From positions 5,747 to 69,746 of the forward strand of contig JAIEPF010000019.1 of the NCBI GenBank assembly GCA_019749945.1: DNA of 64,000 nucleotides. The letters run 5' to 3'. The notes under the pieces are model-generated. The model searched no databases. It was not told where the DNA came from and saw only the letters and a list, made by a program, of their open reading frames with translations. A program made the translations under genes and the position numbers. Positions within the stretch are counted from its first letter, which is position 1. Every line of letters starts with the position of its first letter. This document shows positions 59,329 through 64,000 of the stretch, piece by piece. This DNA is from Burkholderiales bacterium (GTDB lineage: Bacteria; Pseudomonadota; Gammaproteobacteria; Burkholderiales; SG8-41).

Positions 59329-59876
59329 AACCGTTGCCCGAACAATTCTTCAGCCAGGCTGCGCTCGCGCGCGTTGCCCATGCGCAAGGCATCAAACAAC
59401 GCGAGATTTTCGTACAAGGCAGGATTGCGCAACGCGGCAGCCGGCGCGCTCGGATACAAGGGCACCAGGGCAAGGCCACGCGCATTGCCTTCGGCATGCG
59501 GCCACACCGGCGGCGGATCGGAGGACGGCGCGATCGATGCGTTAAGCGGCGCAGCCGCATACGCCGTTGGCACGCCACCCACCATCCCGCCACGCGCGGC
59601 CGGAAATGCATAACGCGCGCCATGAAACAGAAACTCCTTGAACGCCGGCTTGATCAGGCCTGGCTTGCCATCGACGAACGACAGCAGTCGCGCCAACTCG
59701 GCGCGCCTTAACGCGCCATGCACTTCAGAGATCGACACCCCCGCAAATGCCGCAAGCTCGGGATAGGTCACCGGCTCATCCCGACGCGTGAGCAAGGCCA
59801 GCAGCAGATACAAATCCTGCGGCTTCAGAGTGGGCTGACGATTGACCGGGCGTCGCATGGGTAATCCCTGCAGCAT
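59325..59876 (-). CDS. winged-HTH protein, AbiEi-like putative antitoxin/regulator
   Basis: DLYLLLALLTRRDEPVTYPELAAFAGVSISEVHGALRRAELARLL wHTH, with an uncharacterised C-terminal domain. Confidence 0.5.
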   Translation of the reverse strand: MLQGLPMRRPVNRQPTLKPQDLYLLLALLTRRDEPVTYPELAAFAGVSISEVHGALRRAELARLLSFVDGKPGLIKPAFKEFLFHGARYAFPAARGGMVGGVPTAYAAAPLNASIAPSSDPPPVWPHAEGNARGLALVPLYPSAPAAALRNPALYENLALFDALRMGNARERSLAEELFGQRF

Positions 59877-59987
59877 TTTCGCAATTCGCGAAAAGAGAAA
59901 TTATCATTAAATACAATGATCTGCAATGATATATGGCCGCCTGCCTCGCCTTCCGCAAACCCGCCAACAGCCATACTGAGAGCGGAG

Positions 59988-60020
59988 TAATTTATTCAAT
60001 AAAAACAATTACTTATAAAA
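59988..60020 (-). repeat. AT-rich dispersed element, copy G (core AAACAATTACTTA, one mismatch to the IHF consensus)
   Basis: taatttattcaataaaaacaattacttataaaa. Abuts the truncated hipA remnant. Confidence 0.6.
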
Positions 60021-60023
60021 CGG

Positions 60024-60377
60024 CACTTCGCGCGCAACCAGGACGACCATGTCAAGAACATCGCCTTCCTGATGGACCCGCAGGGCCGCTGGTCACTGGC
60101 GCCGGCATTCGACATGACCTACAGCTACAACCCCGCCGGCCTGTGGACCGCCACGCACCAGATGACCATGAACGGCTAACGCGACGGATTTACGCTGGCG
60201 GATTTTGAAGCCTGCGCAAAATCAGCGCAGATGAAACGCGGGCGTGCCGCCGTGATCCTTGATGAAGTGCGAGCTGCCGTGGAGACCTGGGCGGCATGTG
60301 CAGAGGCTGCCGGTGTGGATGAAGTGCGGCGGGAACAGATCCGCGGGGCGCATCGGATGGCGTTTGCAGAGAAGTAA
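60024..60377 (+). pseudogene. hipA: hipA (type II TA Ser/Thr kinase toxin) C-terminal remnant with internal TAA
   Basis: Frame reads ...NQDDHVKNIAFLMDPQGRWSLAPAFDMTYSYNP...QMTMNG*RDGFTLADF...EVRAAVETW... The DDHxKN catalytic loop and LAPAYD-like motif are present. N-terminal two-thirds absent; stop at 60177-60179. Confidence 0.7.
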
Positions 60378-60516
60378 GTCGGCGGTTCTTGCCATTGGTT
60401 AAGCGACCGAATCAGGCCCTTTCACGATATTGAAGAAATTAAGTTGCCGAGTGAAAAACTAACCGACCCTCAACTAAACATATCGAAAACGGCATTTCAT
60501 TGACACCGAGATCTTT

Positions 60517-61236
60517 TCAACGCCTGCGCCTGAGATGTGACTCGTATTCTGAGACTAGTTTACTAATGTCATTAACCAGCCCCTCGAATTCGCGCACCTG
60601 CTGCGTCGCACCGCTAAGGTGTGTCTGAATAAAATCCCCGCGAGAAAACGGCATAACATATGCCGATCCATCGGGAACACTTTTAAGAAGCCACCAAAGA
60701 CTAGGCCCTGCTCCAAAATCGAAAAAAACTGGCGCGTTACTACTCCCCCAATCTCTTAGGATTGCGCATTCGCCGGGGAACGTTCTCCGAATCTGTGAAT
60801 TGGAACCAACGCCGATGCTGCGATTCAACGCGCTCTTAAATTGCTGCACATCTCGCTTACGCCTTGTTCCATTCACTACCCAAGCCAGCTTCGGATAAAA
60901 AGTATCGCGTGACCGGCGTTCTTCAGGATTGATATACGAATACTGAAACTCAATGACCCAACCCTGATCAGTCTTTACATCCGCGATATGCTTTTCTCCG
61001 TTCTCGGCCTTATGAACAATCTCTTGCCAGCCTTCCGGAAAATGCCTTTTCCAATCGCGGTGCCATTCGGTTTCATTTTCCCACCAAGGATCACAAGTGC
61101 GATGCCCTTTGTGAGCCCAGTGCCAAATCTTTATCTCGCCACACTTTGCAACCGTAGCCTGATCGCAAACCGGACATTTTCCTGAAAGTTTCGGCTGCGC
61201 CTCTTGGCGTTGCCCATTAATTAGTGAAAATTTCAT
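60517..61236 (-). CDS. CoiA-like nuclease-family protein (competence protein CoiA-like)
   Basis: CPVC...HWAH, ETEWHRDWK, GEKHIADVKT..GWVIEFQYSYI...R: zinc-finger-like N-terminus plus a PD-(D/E)xK-like core. Visibly lower GC than its neighbours. Confidence 0.65.
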   Translation of the reverse strand: MKFSLINGQRQEAQPKLSGKCPVCDQATVAKCGEIKIWHWAHKGHRTCDPWWENETEWHRDWKRHFPEGWQEIVHKAENGEKHIADVKTDQGWVIEFQYSYINPEERRSRDTFYPKLAWVVNGTRRKRDVQQFKSALNRSIGVGSNSQIRRTFPGECAILRDWGSSNAPVFFDFGAGPSLWWLLKSVPDGSAYVMPFSRGDFIQTHLSGATQQVREFEGLVNDISKLVSEYESHLRRRR

Positions 61237-61287
61237 GCTCGAATCTCGCCACTACCCTTCTACATTTAGCCCCAATCCCCCCGCGAA

Positions 61288-61785
61288 CTACAGCCGATCC
61301 AGCTTGAAAGCTGTGCGAACCTCACGCAGCCACGCTTCGGTGAAATGATGTCGAAGATTGGGGCGCGCTCCAGCGGCTCGGGCAATGGCATCCAAGGAAA
61401 CCAGACGACCCTCAAATCCCATGGCTAGTGCCGCATTAACCGCAGCACGATCAGCGCAGCTCACCAACCAGACACCGGGCCGACCAAGCAAGTGGGCCAG
61501 AAGATCACGTTCGCCCGCGTCCAGCGCATCCGCGTTTTCAAGATTGAGTGAGAGCGCAGCACGTTCGACATCCGACACAGTATTTCTGTCGGCCAGACCT
61601 TGCCTCAAAATCCCCGGATCAACAGCAACGTATCCGGGGCGCAGCAGATCCCCGGTCAACGTTTCTTCGTAACATTTTTCGACTGTCGCCACCGAAAAAT
61701 GGACGGTCACGGCATTCCAGCAATTGGTGCGGTAAGCCTCGATGATCACGCTCGTGTCCATCAAAATGACTTGTCCGCGCTGCAT
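61288..61785 (-). CDS. PIN-like domain protein
   Basis: ILMDTSVIIEA N-terminal Asp and LDAGERDLLAHL...SCADRAAVNAALAMG, resembling PIN/DUF3368-type motifs. 9 nt downstream of the XRE-ImmA gene. Confidence 0.55.
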   Translation of the reverse strand: MQRGQVILMDTSVIIEAYRTNCWNAVTVHFSVATVEKCYEETLTGDLLRPGYVAVDPGILRQGLADRNTVSDVERAALSLNLENADALDAGERDLLAHLLGRPGVWLVSCADRAAVNAALAMGFEGRLVSLDAIARAAGARPNLRHHFTEAWLREVRTAFKLDRL

Positions 61786-61794
61786 GCTGTTGGC

Positions 61795-62910
61795 TCACAG
61801 ATCAAACGGAACCGGTAGCTGATAGTCCCGGAACAACTGCGCCAGATCATCAAGCGTCAATTCGAGCAGCACGGCGGCACGTCGCACCGACAATTGGCCC
61901 TTTGCAAGCGCCATGTGCAGACGCCGCACAAACGCCTCGCTGAACAACCGCGGCGTCTGTTGATCTGCTTTGGGCCTGCCATTAGCAGTCAGCTTGGCAT
62001 CATTAATGGAATCCAGTTCAGCCTTGGTAAGCCAGCCCAGATTGATCAGCCGCCATTTCAATGCCATCGCGCTCACGAGAAATTCTGCTGCCGTCCTATT
62101 CAACCAGGCGTGGATATCTCCGCCGTTACGAGCCTGCCACAGTGGCGCAAGTGCGCGTTCCGGCATCAGTAGTGCGGCGGCAAAATTGTCGGCCAGTTGC
62201 TCTATGCGTTTGTAACGGCCTTTGCCACGACGATCGCCGTCGCTCAACTCCCTGTGCTCAGGCGGCATCTGCTCCCAGGTCAGTACATGGAATATCTCGT
62301 GCGCGAGATCGTAGTGGCGGCGACCTTCCGACTCGTTGCGATTGATCAGGATGGTACTCAGGCCGGGCACCTGACAGGCAGCGCCCGAAATACCTTTTGG
62401 CGCATTGACGTACAGGATCAGCGCGCCAAGGCTGGCCTCTGCGGCGCGCTCCAGTGCCAAAGCGGGCTTATCGCCCAGTTTCCATTCGAGACCGACAGCC
62501 TCGCCCGCTGTGACAGCCTCCTCAAAGGTGCTTTGTTCATTCAGCGGCAGATGGCGTTGCAAGACAGCGGTTTTGATGCCCTGGATATCACCGAGGCGGC
62601 GGTACGTGGCAATCCACCGACCAGCGCGCGCCTCAAATGTTTTGAGTAAATCATCACTTGCGCCCTTGTCTGCACGCCAGGAAAACCGGCCCTCTCCATC
62701 CAGACGGAACCCGTCAGTAAAGTAATCCAGGTCCACGCCAAGCACCTGGATCGCCCGCAGCAATTCCTCGGCGCTGATCTTGCGCTGCCCGGCCTCGATC
62801 GCCGCCAGTGTCTGGCGATCTTTGAAACCGAGTTTTTCCGATAGTTGAGCCTGAGTAAGATCGAGCTTCTCACGCGCGGCTTTCAGACGCCGGCTGATCA
62901 GATCATTCAT
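61795..62910 (-). CDS. XRE-family HTH fused to ImmA/IrrE-type zinc metallopeptidase
   Basis: RLKAAREKLDLTQAQLSEKLGF HTH and HEIFHVL (HExxH). ATG 62910 preceded by GGGGGAA. Confidence 0.8.
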   Translation of the reverse strand: MNDLISRRLKAAREKLDLTQAQLSEKLGFKDRQTLAAIEAGQRKISAEELLRAIQVLGVDLDYFTDGFRLDGEGRFSWRADKGASDDLLKTFEARAGRWIATYRRLGDIQGIKTAVLQRHLPLNEQSTFEEAVTAGEAVGLEWKLGDKPALALERAAEASLGALILYVNAPKGISGAACQVPGLSTILINRNESEGRRHYDLAHEIFHVLTWEQMPPEHRELSDGDRRGKGRYKRIEQLADNFAAALLMPERALAPLWQARNGGDIHAWLNRTAAEFLVSAMALKWRLINLGWLTKAELDSINDAKLTANGRPKADQQTPRLFSEAFVRRLHMALAKGQLSVRRAAVLLELTLDDLAQLFRDYQLPVPFDL

Positions 62911-62979
62911 GTGGTTCCCCCGCAGTTGCTGCGCCACACGCCGCGAATGCGGCCTTGTTAAGCGGAATAGAGACTAACA

Positions 62980-62999
62980 TTGCAAATTGCATTTTGCAA
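62980..62999. promoter_or_regulatory. near-perfect 20-bp palindrome TTGCAAATTGCATTTTGCAA upstream of the XRE-ImmA gene (candidate operator)
   Basis: ttgcaaa-t-tgca-t-tttgcaa, ~70 nt upstream of the ATG. Confidence 0.45.
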
Positions 63000-63041
63000 G
63001 AATTACTTGCTTTTGAAATTAATACTTCGTAGCCTTTTCTC

Positions 63042-63073
63042 ATAAAATATTGTTTTAAATCAATATCTTAATT
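63042..63073 (-). repeat. AT-rich dispersed element, copy H (IHF core AATCAATATCTTA at 63058-63070)
   Basis: ataaaatattgttttaaatcaatatcttaatt. Confidence 0.6.
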
Positions 63074-63213
63074 GGGTTGACCAGTCTCGAATTGAGGCCA
63101 TGGCCAGCCTGAGCAAGACTTTTCAGAACTCGAAGTCACAGCGGGATAGATTTCCCGCATCACCGGGCATGTCCACACAAAAGGAATCGACTCCGGTTCA
63201 GATAATTCCCCGC

Positions 63214-64000
63214 CTACCGCCCCAACAATCCCAATATCCCGGAAACAATGCCTTTACTGGCCCCTGGCTTGGCCGCCTGACTGACCTGCTGAATCCGGCT
63301 GACAAAGGGCGACTCCTTGCTGGATGTCAGTATCAATTGGTCCATCGCCCGCGTCATCGCCACATACAGCAGCTTCGCTTCCTCGTGAATGCCGTAATCC
63401 CGGTGCGGCATGTAGCCGAGCCCGGGAATCGCCACCACCGGAAACTCCAGGCCCTTGCTGCTGTGCATCGTGATCACCTTGACGCTGTCCTCTGCAGGAT
63501 CAAAGCGCTTCTTGCCACCGGGGCCGCCCAGCCATTGCACGGGGATCTTGGCCATCTTGAGTTGCTTGGCCATTTCCTCCCCAATAAAAGCCGTGCGATA
63601 AACAATCGCCATATCCCGCCATGGCCGACCTGAATGATTGTGCCGGCGGAAGTGCTCCGCCAGATAAGCGCCTTCCTTGGCCAGCGTCGGAAATTGCCGC
63701 AGTTCCGGCGCTAAGCCGCGGCGGCCGGCGCTTTCGGGCTGGATCAACGGCACACCATCCTCCTCAGCCTGCTCGGGGCGGATGTATTCCCTGGCGAATT
63801 CGTAAGCGGTGCCGAGGATTTCGGCGGTGTTGCGGTAATTCAGCCGCAGAATGGTCGTGCGCCCCTGCGCCTGGACACCCAGGCTGGAAAAACTGAATTT
63901 GCGCCGGGTCTTGCCGCCATAGATCGACTGCGCATCGTCATAGAGCAGCAACAACGAGTTGGTCTCGGGATCCACCATCTGCGTCACCAGCTTGAGCCAC
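63214..64000 (-). CDS. UvrD/Rep-type superfamily 1 helicase, C-terminal part (gene continues beyond the window)
   Basis: LLLYDDAQSIYG, VITMHSSKGLEFPVVAIPGLG, LLYVAMTRAMDQLILT (helicase motifs V/VI region). Confidence 0.75.
   Translation of the reverse strand, partial: WLKLVTQMVDPETNSLLLLYDDAQSIYGGKTRRKFSFSSLGVQAQGRTTILRLNYRNTAEILGTAYEFAREYIRPEQAEEDGVPLIQPESAGRRGLAPELRQFPTLAKEGAYLAEHFRRHNHSGRPWRDMAIVYRTAFIGEEMAKQLKMAKIPVQWLGGPGGKKRFDPAEDSVKVITMHSSKGLEFPVVAIPGLGYMPHRDYGIHEEAKLLYVAMTRAMDQLILTSSKESPFVSRIQQVSQAAKPGASKGIVSGILGLLGR

Noticed and set aside
56180-64000. Calling the terminal island an integrative element, prophage or ICE.
   Set aside because: No integrase, transposase, tRNA target, direct-repeat att pair or phage structural gene is visible in the window. 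Only a compositional mosaic and TA/defence-type genes are seen.

Overview
GC-rich proteobacterial chromosome segment. Eight orphan Bug/TctC-type solute-binding genes suggest a Burkholderiales-like betaproteobacterium (inference). About 56 kb is dense housekeeping and catabolic coding; the last ~8 kb is an accessory toxin-antitoxin/defence-type mosaic.

Recognisable content:
- patatin-like lipase
- a UbiD-decarboxylase plus three-subunit molybdenum-hydroxylase (CoxSML-like) plus CoxG operon
- DEAD-box helicase, TypA/BipA, group-2 truncated haemoglobin, malonyl-CoA decarboxylase
- SET-domain protein, IlvD/Edd dehydratase, a bacterial MIOX-like HD oxygenase
- class II ribonucleotide reductase NrdJ carrying a 379-aa LAGLIDADG intein
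- RraA-like protein plus two leaderless Cys-type sulfatases
- OxyR with rubrerythrin, rubredoxin and rubredoxin reductase
- rhomboid protease, a frameshifted FNT channel, VapBC, an AmiD-like amidase
- a membrane Mrr-like nuclease plus HIT protein
- a 1412-aa PAS/GAF/GGDEF/EAL/REC sensor

Most notable calls:
1. A UGA-interrupted ORF (54291-54836) reads through to a U-G-S-C motif. A SECIS-like hairpin sits exactly 11 nt after the UGA. The gene is ATGA-coupled to a conserved 371-aa unknown. This is a candidate selenoprotein two-gene module.
2. A dispersed ~35-bp AT-rich element whose core matches the IHF consensus WATCAANNNNTTR. It occurs at 8-9 intergenic sites and marks the module boundaries of the terminal island.
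3. The 56.2-64 kb island: HEPN/MNT, an AbiE-like pair, a hipA remnant, a low-GC CoiA-like nuclease, XRE-ImmA plus a PIN-like gene, and a truncated UvrD-like helicase.
4. A minus-strand intrinsic terminator with no CDS, divergent from oxyR (OxyS-like arrangement).
5. Three recoding or pseudogene signals: an A-run frame break at the SET gene 5' end, a T8-run frameshift in the FNT gene, and an in-frame TAG before the conserved MIOX C-terminal tail.

Several unrelated REP-like palindromic families are also present. No rRNA, tRNA, CRISPR, transposase or integrase was seen.
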